NCBI GenBank assembly: GCA_964106645.2
Contig: OZ067043.1
Source: Podarcis pityusensis
Lineage: Eukaryota
Direction: 5' to 3' (one strand)
Length of the DNA: 64,000 nucleotides
The notes beneath the pieces are model-generated. The model was not told the DNA's origin and made no database searches. It saw only the letters and a list, made by a program, of their open reading frames with translations. The first letter of the stretch is position 1, and each line of letters starts with the position of its first letter. The position numbers and the translations under genes are program-made. Positions 36,906 to 49,369 of the stretch are shown piece after piece.

Positions 36906-37953
36906 CACCTGTTTTTGTCTATCGAATTGTGTTTATATATGAGTCAAACTGCATACAAACATCTTGGCATTTTACCTTTTCTTTCACTTTTGTGAGTAAA
37001 AGAAAATATGAAACACTTTTTCATCAAGCATCAAATTAATGTTATTCTTCAGTACTAGTGTACAGTACTTGCAGAAAAGTTAAGATCACCATGAATTTTC
37101 TGGACAGAAGGGTATTTATTTGCCTGCCGAGGAGGAAAGCAGGGAAGGGACCCTTGTGAAAGAGAGCGGGTATATGTACGCATGTGTGTCTGAGTGTACC
37201 AGTGAGGTAATGGGGAGGAGAGTGAAAACGGAGTGTACTAATGTTGCAACACTAAGGGTGGTGGAAGGCACACTGTACATGTTCAGAGGAGCATATTTTG
37301 GATGCAGGAAGCCTTGCAAGATGTCCTGGGCGGGGGGTTGCCTCATGGTAGCAAAATTAGTTGGATGTGGTGGCAAAAATATCCAAACTGCTCCTCCATG
37401 TTGAAATAATTGCATACCCCTGAATCAGTAAGGCAGAGCTGCTAACATAAGTCCATAACAAATGAGGGGGTTGGTTGAGTTGTGTGCTATTAGAACTGGT
37501 CCCCTCCTTGCAAAGCATTTTTAAAGGCTGACATTATGTCATGGCCTATTTTGGAACAGCCAGTATACCTCCTCCCTTTCCATTTCTTCCTCTTCCCACA
37601 CAAGTGAGAACATACTTCTGTGGGTTAATTTCATATTATATTCACTGAAACCGTGTTCTTTGTGAGCCACTGCTTTTGGTTGAAGAGTGAAAATAATGAA
37701 GCAGAAAAGAGAGTGGAGAGTTCCTCTATTGGACTCCTGACTGAATTACTGGTTTTGGTTCTTTACTATTATTTCTTATCACCCAACTCCCAAGGCCACT
37801 TTTTCGTGCAGTACTTTGAACTTCTATTTACCGTATTTCAGTGTGGTCTATTGTTTCCTTTTGTGTTCATTCTCAAGTTTGTGCAGGCCCTGCCTCCTCT
37901 TGCTCTCTTCATATGCCACTGGAATACAATAGTAACTATAAACTCCATTAATA

Positions 37954-38179
37954 CAGTGGTACCTCGAGTTACATACGCTTCAGGTTACAGACTCCGCTAA
38001 CCCAGAAATAGTACCTCGGGTTAAGAACTTTGCTTCAGGATGAGAACAGAAGTCGTGCTCTGGCGGTGCGGCGGCAGCAGAAGGCCCCATTAGCTAAAGT
38101 GGTGCTTCAGGTTAAGAACAGTTTCAGGTTAAGAATGGACCTCCAGAACGAATTAAGTACTTAATCTGAGGTACCACTG
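37954..38179 (+). mobile_element. Tigger/pogo-like MITE
   Basis: TIRs cagtggtacctc / gaggtaccactg with TA on the left. Same family as 42165-42406 and 52042-52277. Confidence 0.88.
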
Positions 38180-40904
38180 TGAATTTCATTTATAAGTCAA
38201 ATTCTAACTAAATGCCTGTCAGGGCCAGCCCAATACTACTACACTATAGATGGGGGTGGGTGTTAAATAATCCCCCCTTGCCCCCAAAAGGCAAAACTTT
38301 GCAAAGAAGCTTAGGCATGTATTCTGCAGTACATGCGCTAAAAGACATTCAATAAGAATTCACTGTCTCCTTACAGTACAGTGGTATACATGCCTCCTTC
38401 AGGTGTAAATCTCTTTGTGTTTAATGAATCTCACTCTCATGTTGTGTTACTCTGTCCCTATGGCAGCCATTTTGTGACTGGCACCCACAGAACTCTCTCA
38501 GAATTGGTCCAAAATGGTTGGTGAACCGTGTTGCAAGTATTGAGATTGTTGACAAACAAAGCAGGCATTTTCTCCAAGAGTACATCCCTCCGGCAACTGA
38601 AAAATGCCAGCATTGCAGAACATTTCCAGTTGCCTTCTGTATAATTACATAGCACATAAAAAATGCTTTTACACCATGGATATTGATTCAATGTCCTCTT
38701 TTTGACATGTCACAGAATGAAAATATAGCTCCTTCCTTCCAAAAAAACTCCAGCATCACACCAACAAAAAAAAACACCTCAGGCAGTGTTTGCATATTAT
38801 ATTAATCTAAACACAATGCATTTCATTGACGTATTCCAGCTCATCAGCTCATTAGATTCCTCATGTTCTAGCAGTGTTTTAAATGAAAGTATATAAAAAA
38901 ATAGATCACTAGCCTGCAAAATAGAAAGCAAATTAATTCTCATAATGTTTGTGGCTGTTATGACCTTTGCACAACAGCTTTTCAAAGTCATACCTATCGG
39001 ACTTTTCCATGGACAAAACCAAATATTTGCATGTCCTGAATAAAGGCCCAAATATGCACACACTCTCATATTTCAGACTCTGGTGTTCCTTGACTGCTGA
39101 AAGGTGAGGGAGAATTCAGGTGTTGGATTTCCTTTGAAACTCTTCCAACAGGTAACGTTTCGTTCCACCAGTTAGAGCTGACCACCTAGGGATCTCTTAG
39201 AAATTCAGACAAGCCAGACGTAAACTTAAAGAAATAAAACACAGTGGGTGGAAATCAGAGGTGCCCATCTGCCAGTAGAACAGACATAATGGGCAGAATG
39301 GATTTTTCACTTCTGATTATTCTGCAGAGGTTTTGGGGACCCCCCAGGAGGTGCATTGAGAGCCCCAGGGGAAAAGAAAAAGGGGAAATCCATTTACTGG
39401 ATATCACCCTTTTATTCCAATTTTACACAAGTTTGGCATATGCTTAGTTTGCTTTCGGCCATGCTTCAAATACACAGAGTGGAAAGAAACTTGCAGTATG
39501 TTTATCTACATTACCCAGACTTGTAACCCCAAGCAGAGACAGCCAGAAGACACAAGCAGGAATTACATCAGTAGCCAAAATTCAGTTGGCCTCATGGACT
39601 ATCTTCTATCTTGAGACTGGCGTCATTGCATGGAATTAACAACCCCATAGTCAGGAATTGTGTCACGTGCAACTTTGTGTTTAGAAAAGCCCAAAGAAGG
39701 GAATGCAGCATCTTTCAGTCACACTCGTGGAGCATCATTTTTGTGGAGTTTGGTTTTTGTATTGCAATTTGGCAATGTTCCATGTTGTTTTCAATGGCTC
39801 CTCTAGAAAATTGTTTATCCCAGAGTCTGCAGCACCTAGGAAAGACTTAGTCAGCATACAAGTCTGAGACTTACAAGCCAACCTCATGGCTACAGCTGCC
39901 CATTTTTTGTATCCCGCCCCCCATTTTTCTGTGTCCCACTCACCCTCTGCTTTGTGTAGCAATTTGCCCAACTGAGAATTATGGAGAACCCAGAAGCTTG
40001 CCACATTTTTGTTTTTGGTATTAATATTATTATTAGTCTAAAGGGTATTATTGAGATTTTAGTAAATACTGTCTGTTCTGTACAAATTACTACACCTTTG
40101 TTTTATCAGTTCAATATATAAGGAACTCTAGATGTCCTGGCAAAGCGCAACCCCTCCTTTGAGGCACCCTTCCCACAGATGTGGATTCCTACAGCTATTG
40201 AGCCAGCTGTCTGCAGGAATAACTGTAGGCAGGAGTGATCCTGTCCTCGTGGCCCAGGTATTGCCACCTGCTCTGCTCCCTGAATCTGGACTGGGGAGGT
40301 GAGGTCTTGCTCTCTTAGACACTGCTCTCTATTTCTCCATTGGTACCAAGGCTGTTTCCAGACTGCCAGTATTTTGTGGAAAGGATTTCAGTGCATACCG
40401 GAACTTTAGCTTTGTGCGATTAAAGTGGATAAAGTGCAGTGTCACCTTAGCACAACAAATCCCCCTTTTTTTGCGGTTTGGAAAGCAACAAGGAAATGCA
40501 TTGGAAAGTATGGAACGAACAAATGATTAATGGGAAGATGTGTAAATATCCCACAAGCAAACTGAGAAGAATGCTGATTATAGTATAAACTACCCTCTAA
40601 ACAAATCAGAACAATTGCTCAATAAAGGCAGGACATAGTCTAATCACCGTATAAGCTTTGTGCAAGCAAATCAAGAAGAATACTACAAATATTTATTGTT
40701 AAGCAAGAACCTCCCTGTCCTATAACTAATCGATTTATTGTGTTAGGCTGAAAGCTTCTATTTCACCCACTGCAATCTGTCACTCATGGCTTGTATGCTC
40801 TCCTCAATTGTTTTCTGTTCCTAGATTTTTTTGGCAGATACTGAAACAAAATGCAGTAAGGCAATCCAATTGCTGGAACAAGTCTTGGGTTGGGGCAACT
40901 GGCT

Positions 40905-41198
40905 AAAATGTTTTACAATGTTTTAATCAGTTCTGACTTTGGTTCCTCTTGTTTTTGTCGGGTTGGGGTCAGTTAAATGTTTAGTTGGGTTGGCGTTTAT
41001 TTTAAATTGGGTATAACTGTAAACTGTTATTATTGTTATTATTGGTTTTTATTGATTTATTGGTTTGTTTGTTGCCTGTATAGGATATTCTGGCTTTTTA
41101 ATGTTTGGTGTTTTGTTGTATTTTTATATATGCTATAAGCCACCCAGAGTGGCTGGGGAAACCCAGCCAGATGTGTGGGATATGATAATGATGATGAT
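40905..41198 (+). mobile_element. L2 3' UTR and tail (same family as the long L2)
   Basis: aagccacccagagtggctggggaaacccagccag matches the reverse complement of 11570-11606. Confidence 0.75.
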
Positions 41199-42164
41199 GT
41201 TTCCAACAAATGAATAAAAACCTCTTTCTAGATCTGTGTAGATTCCCCTCCCTTTTTCCATGGATTCGTAGAATTAGGAAGGGAACAGAGGTAATCTCAT
41301 CTGGCTACTTTCCAAACCACAATACACTGCAGGGTATTATGCAGAATATGCCAATGAATCCAAAATGGAACAACATGGAAAGATGCATAAATAAAAATGG
41401 CATCATGTCACTATTTCATCCGCATTACATTAGATGAAGACCATCCAAAATAATGTCACTTCTAAGCAGAGATTTTCAAGGCTCATTTAACAAACTCAAA
41501 AGGCTTCCAACATACATCAGACCCAAAATTAGGCTAGCCTCCTGCTTTACAGGAGGACAGGCCTCTATTTGAAGGACTAACAGAGGACAGTCTTCTAGTT
41601 GAAAGAGTTTCCTATTTGGGAGGCTTCCAGGCCAGTTTAAATAGAGCAGCTGAGGTCTTTGGAAGCTGCTCACCAGTAGCTGCACCTGAAAAGCAGACTG
41701 AATACATATCGATCTGACCACTTGACACAGGGCAATTTATTGTGGGCTCAGCGCTGCTCATTCACGCAAGCTTTTTGCAGCATTGACATGGTGCTGCAAA
41801 GGTAATGGGAAGGTAATGAATTAGCAGCAGCAACAACAACAACGGCATACTATTTCCCCACCCCGTTCAATACATGTTTACTATTTCCAAGTTTGCTTGT
41901 TTTTTAAAAACAAAAACTTACCATTTTCTGAAGAAATGGTAGCTCTGATTTAAATGAGAAAATTATATGGAACAGCAACCAGTTCTGCAAGTTTGCAACA
42001 AAAGCCATCTTTGCACAGCCCTGATTGGCTAGAACCAGTGATAGCACAATGCCACCACTCCTCCCCATACAAGCTGTGCTAAAAAAAAAACTTGAAGTAT
42101 GCAGGAGGGAAAAGACAAGTGAGTGAACCAGTATTCTAACTGCTGATTAGTTGCTTTCCAAATA

Positions 42165-42406
42165 CAGTGGAACCTTGGGTTATGTACCATCCTCCTTACA
42201 AATGCTTCGGGTAACAAGCTCTGCTAACCCAGAAGTAGATGCCCCTAGTTGCGAACTTTGCCCTGGGATGCGAGCAGAAGTCGCACAGCGGTGGCGCAGC
42301 AGCAGCAGCACGCCCCATTAGCAAAAGCATGCTTCATGTTAAGAATGGTTTCGGCTTAAGAACAGACCTCCGGAACAAATTAAGTTCGTAAGTGGTGGTA
42401 TCACTG
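42165..42406 (+). mobile_element. Tigger/pogo-like MITE
   Basis: TA-flanked cagtggaacc...ggtatcactg; internal sequence similar to 37954-38179. Confidence 0.8.
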
Positions 42407-44010
42407 TACAAGAGGAAATTGAACTGAATCTTGCAGAGAAACATGCATAGTGACACTTGTTTTTGGTACATCTGTATGCATCTAATTCACTATCTCGACC
42501 ACTGCAAACCAAGTTTAAGGAACGTTTAAGGCGATAGTTGCAGGATCCATTTCTGTTGCTTGTCAGATCACTGGAAATCTATGATTTTGGAATTATTATT
42601 ATTATTATTATTATTATTTTACTAATATACATATTGAGAAAGAATGACACCTAAGTCAATAACCAGCACAAACCAATGCCACTTCAAAACTTACAGAATC
42701 CAGGTAGCTCAGATAACAAGATATTGCTTTTGCCCAGTGTGTTTACAACTTAGCTGGAACAAAGCTGCTTTTCCTGAAGCTATCCCTTTCAGGGCTGACT
42801 ATTCAAGTGCTGCTGAAAATCAGAGACTGGACTGGGAACCTGTGGCCCTCCTTGACCATTGGACATGCTGGCTGGGGCTAATAGGAGTTGAGCCCAACAA
42901 CATCTGGGTGACCACAGGTTCTCCATCCCTGCCGTAAATGAACTCTGTGCATCTTTTCATTGAGGCAATGCTTTTAAAATGATTGTGCAAACAATATTTA
43001 TTCTTTTTGTAGCATTCTATTTAACCAAGGGAAATTCATCATTAATGAGTACATTCAGAATGGTGTATGTTATCAAGATAGCCTCATACAACAAATACTG
43101 CAGTTCTTTTAAAGCAGCCAAATAGGAAAAGAAGTCATAACAGAGGACTATACAGAGTGAGAGCCTTTGTAAACATCCACCAAGCCTTGTGAATGCCGGA
43201 TGAAAGGTCTATCAACAAAACAGTTGTTCTATCTATCACCTAATCATCTCCTTAATATTACATCACTGTCACGTATTACAACTTCCCATCTTTTCAACAT
43301 CAACATGTTGTTTTTTTTGTAACAGGAACCATGTAAAACAGATAAGCTGCCCCCAATCCACTTTAATAAATACTTCAACATATGATCAGGGTAATTGAAA
43401 CCTTATTCTTCTATACTGCTGAACACAAGTGGCACATTGCTTGCAAAACCTTCCAAGTTGGTAGTCTGGTAACTTTGCTTTATCAAGAAGTGCCAGCTTC
43501 CCATTCTTTCAGTGCCTAATTAAATATGACCATGTTAATTTTCAATAGTGATTCTGAGTACAAAACCATAAAGATAGTTGTTTTGATTTAATTAACCCAG
43601 AATAAAGGATGTTATCTTAAGTCTGTGCCAGCAGTGCTCCATATTTAAAAGTACAGTGTTCCTGGTTTTTGTAGAATGCGCACATTTAGAGTTTGAGTGA
43701 ATTTTATATGTTGCATGCTGAAATACCATAACCATATTTGTGATAATACAACAAGCAATAACTGCACCCAAGGGCCATTTTTGGTAATTGTGTTGTTGTT
43801 TTCCTTGGACTTGGATCTACAAAGGGCCATTTTCCAAGTTTGTACAGAGAAGAAATATTCTGCTCTGTAAATTTCTGTGTTCTGTTGGGTTTTTCCACCC
43901 CTTTTCCTCTGCTTATTTATGTAAACAGGAACCTGGTTAGAACAATGTTTGAGAGAGCAGCATGCTTCTGCACTCTGCATTATAATTCATGCCCATAAAT
44001 CCATGCTGCA

Positions 44011-44016
44011 TTTATT
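44011..44016 (-). terminator. Candidate polyadenylation signal for the GPCR mRNA
   Basis: First AATAAA I found on the minus strand after the stop codon, about 400 nt downstream. Usage unverified. Confidence 0.3.
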
Positions 44017-44099
44017 CTATGAAATCCAGGAGGTTACAGTCCAACGCATCCAAGCAAACATCTGGCGCTTCAAGAGAAGTGCTCATTTCTAAAAGATAA

Positions 44100-44323
44100 C
44101 AGGACCAGCTCCATCATTAGGAAGAGTGAGGTGGCCACTTCAGGCAGCAGATTCTGTGGGACAGGGGGTGACAGTGACACGTTGGAGGCAGAGATATGTA
44201 GGCTGTGTGATCCATCCTACACTTCTTAAACGAGCCAATGTCCAATTGTCAATTCCATACATGGAAATAAAGGGGCCATCTTGTCCTTTACCTCAGGCAG
44301 CAAAATATCTCTGGCCAGCCCTG
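44100..44323 (+). mobile_element. hAT-like non-autonomous element in the presumptive GPCR 3' UTR
   Basis: caggaccagctcc...cctcaggcagcaaaatatctctggccagccctg; same family as 6617-6862. Confidence 0.6.
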
Positions 44324-44412
44324 CCCACAAAGGAGCTTGAAGTGGAATACGATAAGGACTGCACATACCAACACAACAGCCACCCTAAACAAAATGGCAG
44401 ACACCAACTGTG

Positions 44413-45495
44413 CTATCGGTTGCTCTCTGGGCGGAACATCTTCTTGAGGACTGCCACACAGGCAGGGGCAGAGCTGTGCTCCTCCTGTGAGCAGGCGGCA
44501 TCCTGAGAGGTCGATATCAGCACCGGCTTGTTGAACAGCTCCCGAACCCCCTGACGGAACTTGGGATCCCAAACACTGTAGATGGCCACGTTCCAACAGC
44601 TGTTGGAAGTGAGGATCCAGAAGGCGTAAAAGGAGAACTTGCACCACTGGTATCCCACTACTGACCCCACAACAAATACCGCAATGGGGAGGAAGGAAAC
44701 GGAGAAAGCAAAAGTCAGAATGCCAATGGTCTTGGCCGCGGTAATGTCTGAGAAGGAGACCTGGTTGCTACCGCCCTGTGCCTCTTCTCCCAGTTGCTTC
44801 CGTTTCTTGCAGTATTGGTGGACGGCTGCAAAGGTGACGGCATTGATCGCAAAGGTCCCGCTCAAAACTGAGAAGTCAAAGACCGGGTACAGTAGCATGA
44901 TATTCCAATGGGATTCGGGCGGCTTGTCTGTTGGAAAGGCATAGTTGCACATCTTGCTGCAGGCATTGTACTGGAAGGTGATATCAGGGCTGGAGAGCAA
45001 GGGCACCACTGCCAAGCAGCAGCTCATGACCCAAGAGGCCACAATGAGCCAAATAGTTCTGCGCTTGGTGATCACTGCTTTCCTGTGCAGAGGTTTCAGC
45101 ACAGCTACACTCCTCTCGACCGAGAGCAGAAAGATGGTGCTGATCGAGACAAAGGTGCAGCCTGCAAAGATGGGCCCAGTGATGAAGCAGGCAGGCTTCT
45201 CATATTTATCCATCTCTGGTTCCATCCCCCAGGTCAACCTATTCACCTCCCTGTAAACGGAGTAAGGCACAACGATGAGCCCCACCGCCAAGTCAGCTAG
45301 GGCCAAGGAGGCCTTCAGGTAGCCTTGGGAGGTTCTGAATTGCCTGACACGGAAGAAAACCAGGAGGCTCACCAGATTGCCGAGGCTGATGACCACCACC
45401 AGGAGGACCATGAGGAACAGCTTGAAGACGTCCCCAGCAGAGGCCTGGCTCCAGTCTGTGCAATTGGGGCTCCTGCCACTGCTGTTTCCCAACAT
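44413..45495 (-). CDS. Orphan class A (rhodopsin-like) GPCR, 360 aa, single coding exon
   Basis: True ATG and uninterrupted ORF with seven hydrophobic segments. GN (N1.50), LALADL (D2.50), C3.25 plus ECL2 Cys, ERS (R3.50), W4.50, FLP (P6.50), NSCWNVAIY (N7.49/Y7.53), helix 8 KFRQGV, N-glycosylation sequons NSS and NCT. Confidence 0.95.
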   Translation of the reverse strand: MLGNSSGRSPNCTDWSQASAGDVFKLFLMVLLVVVISLGNLVSLLVFFRVRQFRTSQGYLKASLALADLAVGLIVVPYSVYREVNRLTWGMEPEMDKYEKPACFITGPIFAGCTFVSISTIFLLSVERSVAVLKPLHRKAVITKRRTIWLIVASWVMSCCLAVVPLLSSPDITFQYNACSKMCNYAFPTDKPPESHWNIMLLYPVFDFSVLSGTFAINAVTFAAVHQYCKKRKQLGEEAQGGSNQVSFSDITAAKTIGILTFAFSVSFLPIAVFVVGSVVGYQWCKFSFYAFWILTSNSCWNVAIYSVWDPKFRQGVRELFNKPVLISTSQDAACSQEEHSSAPACVAVLKKMFRPESNR

Positions 45496-46099
45496 TGACC
45501 AGGTTGTATTTCCTTCCTAAGACAAGCAGGGAGCTACAAAAGTTACAGGCTAAGGTTTCTTCACCTCTGAAATTCCATGGGAGGTGCTTCACAGGGTGCT
45601 TTCTCCATACTGAATTTCCAGAAGTGGAGTTTGCAAGAAATAGCAGCAAAAACAATTTGAGTGGAAGTCCGGGTCAAACTGCAGCCTATTCACAAATGTA
45701 GAATCGACTGCTGTGCCCACAAAGATGTGAAGTGCAGATCAACACAGGAACAAGCTTGAAGTGCCAATCAGGCTCCCACACAATCTACTGTAATGAGTTC
45801 CTTCTCTCCCTCCCCCCCCCCTCTCTCTCACACACACAGGAGTCTAACTATAGTAGTGCATAGTTCACACAAGCAAAGGATTATTCAAAGATCATCTGCA
45901 AATACTGTGATCTTGCATCACTTTGTTCAAAACACACGCATTGATACTGCAATGTCGCACAAACCCTCAGATTTTTGCAGAAGCATCTCTCAGGCACACC
46001 TTGCGCGCGCGCGCACACACACAAATATAATAACAGACCCGTCACCTCTTATATGAGAGCCCTTGAAGTATTCAAGTGGTATTTGCCCTGGGATAATAC

Positions 46100-47270
46100 T
46101 ATGAGAGGTAGGTTGCAGATATCCGACAGACTATCGCTTGCTTCTCCCTCTCTTGAAGAGGAGAACTTTCCGTGCCTAGATCTACGAGAGTTACAGCAGC
46201 CTCCAGCGTAGTAAAAGCAAGAAAAGGGCAAGTCTTAACATTCCGCCATAGATTCACATGCTGGCAATTTCTCGCATCGGTGAGAAGTCTTTACGCGGAT
46301 AATCTGCACAGTCTCCTCCTCAAAACAAAGCAAAAGAACAAAGCAATCCTCGGGCCCTTTCCTGGAGTTGCCATTCAGATGCGCTCCGAAGTGGCTCCGT
46401 TCTTCTGGAAGGAACGTGCGCTCGAAAAAACCAGCACAAACTGGGAGACCCATCAGCCTGTAAGGCTCCCTGTTCGCCCTCTCAAGCTTTGCGGCGCTGC
46501 GCGCAGCTCCGGACTGTTTTCATCCTCCACCTCTCCCCGCATCGCTAGCCCGGCGGCCGCCTCAAAGTTCAACGCACCCTTGGCGAGAATCCCTGCGCCA
46601 ACTCCGCTGCGGTCCCGTCCTGCGGCAAAGAAGCGGCGCTCCGAGGGTTGCTCTTGAGACCGGCGACACCCTTCCCGCGACAAATAGCCTCTCTTCTGCA
46701 ACCCGAAAATGTGGTTACCCGAAAATCCATGCAACAGGTTCCTGGAGTTTCCAAAAAGAGGATGCTGCTGGAAACATTCGCCACGCGCCTCCAGATTGAA
46801 TATGTCCAGCCCTCTCTGCTCTCCAGTCCTTCGGCTGCTCAACCAAAACTAACCCAGTTTCCAGGTCTTCTTGCGTAGCTTCTTTTGGCGACGCCTCCCG
46901 CCTCCGGGGACTGGGTTACGGACGGCTCTTGCCCCATCGGGCGCTCCCTGCTTTTCTCACCTAAGAGAGCAAAAGGCGAGGGGGACTGCAGACTGGAGAC
47001 GCGCGAAACAATACTGCCGAGATTCTGGGCGAGATTATTTGCAGTGCTGGGGGCGTTGCTTAGATTTCCCCCGCACTCGCCGGCTCCAGTTTGGGCAGAG
47101 GGGGGTGTGCGAGGGGAATGGGTGTTGCTCCACACATCAGGGTCAGATTCTTCTGGGAGCGCGTGCGTGCGTGCGTGTGCTCCTAAGGGCGTGCTCCACA
47201 TTGGCTGGCGGAACGCAATGTTGCCACAGGGGCGTTATGGAGGGTTGTCGCTCTCATCCTAGATCGATCA
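46100..47270 (-). promoter_or_regulatory. CpG island: promoter and probable non-coding first exon of the GPCR
   Basis: Only long non-repeat CpG-dense stretch outside the CDS. AGCCAAT box on the minus strand (CCAAT at 47200-47204); E-box gtcacgtg 47547-47554 and GC box 47558-47564 upstream; candidate donor at 46046/46045 and acceptor at 45517/45516. Confidence 0.75.
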
Positions 47271-47279
47271 CCTGTTTCC

Positions 47280-47280
<1 letters not shown>

Positions 47281-47328
<48 letters not shown>
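47281..47328 (+). repeat. (ATT)n microsatellite next to the promoter
   Basis: Directly visible. Confidence 0.95.
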
Positions 47329-47329
<1 letters not shown>

Positions 47330-47575
47330 TTCCCCATAACAATTCGTTGGACAAAAGAAATCTCTCGAAGACCAGTCGAATGGGCGTTTTCCCTGCACCG
47401 CTTTTTAATACCGGACCAGTTCCATACATTCGCGAAATTTATTGCTAATGCTAAACCCCTTTTGTCATAAACATTGCTACGTCTCTCCCTTCCTTCCCAA
47501 ATTGCCCTTCAGAGAGAACTTAAGAGACGTTTCTCCATACACAGTGGTCACGTGGGGGGGGCGGAATAGAGGGGC

Positions 47576-47676
47576 AGAATCCTAGAATCCTAGAATCGGA
47601 AGAGACCCCAAGGGTCATCTACTCCAACCCCCTGCGATGCAGGAATCTCAGCTGAAACATCCATGGCAGATGGGCC
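47576..47676 (-). mobile_element. CR1 3' tail
   Basis: (agaatcct)n terminal repeat and ggtcatctactccaacccc...gcaggaatctcagct. Confidence 0.8.
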
Positions 47677-47939
47677 AAGGTGCACATGTGAGTGCCTGTT
47701 TGTCCCATCCTCAGATTTCTAAGGAAAATTGATGATGTGGTGGCACCCCTGTGTCCAGCCTTCTCTTGGGTGGAGTCCTTTCTTTGAAGGGGTGTCCTGC
47801 ATGTGTTGTCTTGGTCTGTTCTCATGTAGAAATTCACTGCAAGGTGAGTTGGTGGTTAACGGATTTTATCTCCAATGTGGCCTGGGTGCCTGCATTGAGT
47901 AGAATCCAACCTCTCCTGCCAGGCCACATCTTTAAGCAA

Positions 47940-48118
47940 AGGATCATAACTCAGTGGTAGAGCAGCTGCTTGACATACAGAAGGTCCCAGGTTGAATTGC
48001 CAGCATCTCCTGGTAGGAATGAGAGAACCCTCTGCCTGAAACACTGGGGAGCTGCTGGATAATCACAGCAGGTAATCCTGAGCTAGTGAGCCAGTGTAAG
48101 TCAGTTTCCAGTGTTCTC
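47940..48118 (+). mobile_element. tRNA-derived SINE (Anolis SINE2-like)
   Basis: ataactcagtggtagagca A box, ccaggttgaatt B box, gcctgaaac..tggggagctgct body. Confidence 0.65.
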
Positions 48119-49369
48119 ATAGTCAGCTCTCCAGGAGCCAGCCTCCTGAGTCATAGCTGCTTCTCTCAAAGGAGCCACATGCCAGATATTTAGCTAATAA
48201 CACATACATTACATCCCCCCATCTACCAGTAAAACATGAAATGAAAATATCCCTAGATGTTTACAGCAAGGAAGCAGATACAGGGCTAAATCATTGCTTT
48301 CTACTGTGCAACACAGTCCTCCCATCCTTTGGGTTTGAATTTCCTTCCATACATTGAAGAAGTGTTGCTTTCACTTGCTGGTGCTTCTGGTCTACAAGCA
48401 CGTTTTTACCTCTGACATGAAAAGTGGAGGTGTTTTGGGTGGGTGGGTGGCAAGAGCGATGGGTGGGAGGGGTATATTTAACTTTTCCCCCAGTTGCTAG
48501 TTTTGCTCCTATTGAGGTAGCAAGAAAACTGCTTGCGTATTTGCAATTTGCAAAGTTAGGCAGGGTCTGGTATGGTGTCAAATAGTTTAAACAAGCCAGA
48601 AATTCCCAGAATGATAACAGACACTTCATATTAAAACTAAAAGTTCTCACTGTTTTTCACATTTCTCAACCAACAGAAGCTGTTTCAGTAAAAGATTAGT
48701 CCTTGTCCTCATTATGTCTCTCAAAGAAGTCTATTCATCTCCTGATGGTTAAAATGTGTTAATGATCTGCAGATCCTTCACAAATCCTTCTCTTATAATA
48801 TTGGCCATCCAGAGGTAAATAATCTCTCACAGTAAAAGGTAAGTTGCTCACTTTAGATTTCCAACAGAACTTGGTTAAGTGATCATCTATCAAGTGTTTG
48901 TGAGTCCTCTCCAAATCCTTCAGAAACAGGAAGTGCAAGCCATCCATTTGGACAGAGAACAGCATGAACTTCAGAGTAACTGACAAGCATGAAATAATAA
49001 TGTCACAGTACTTGGCATCATTTCATCCTGCCTAATTTTTTCACTCTATCCTTGGGGGCACCCTAAGGATGAAAAAGCCTGAGAAGATTTGTCCACTCTG
49101 CATTCCCAGCACTGTTATCAACCCTCACTGGAGCCTGAGAGAAGTGTAGTTGGTCTTGAATCAGGGATCTAGCTGTCTGGCTTTGGCCGGACATCCTATT
49201 CACTGTGCCTTTATGATGGCTTTTGCTCATGCTGCAGCTGTACATGACCCAGTTTTCCATACTGTTAGCAAAAGTGTTAGGGCAGTCACATTCTTTCATT
49301 TCCAATCAGTGCAAATCCTGCTTAAGTCCTATAATTATTTATGCCTCAAATGTTCTGGTTTGTTTTTGG

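Noticed and set aside
44126-45300. Plus-strand ORFs overlapping the GPCR
   Set aside because: Antisense shadows of a GC-rich coding sequence; no protein features.
44413-45495. Naming the receptor as a TAAR, adrenergic, histamine H2 or GPR21/GPR52 gene
   Set aside because: No D3.32, and only partial motif resemblance to GPR21/52. Orthology cannot be set without a phylogeny, so no symbol is given.
46871-47470. 199-aa plus-strand ORF and other ORFs in the CpG island
   Set aside because: Non-ATG start, stop-poor GC-rich DNA, and a poly-Leu stretch that is just the (ATT)n microsatellite.
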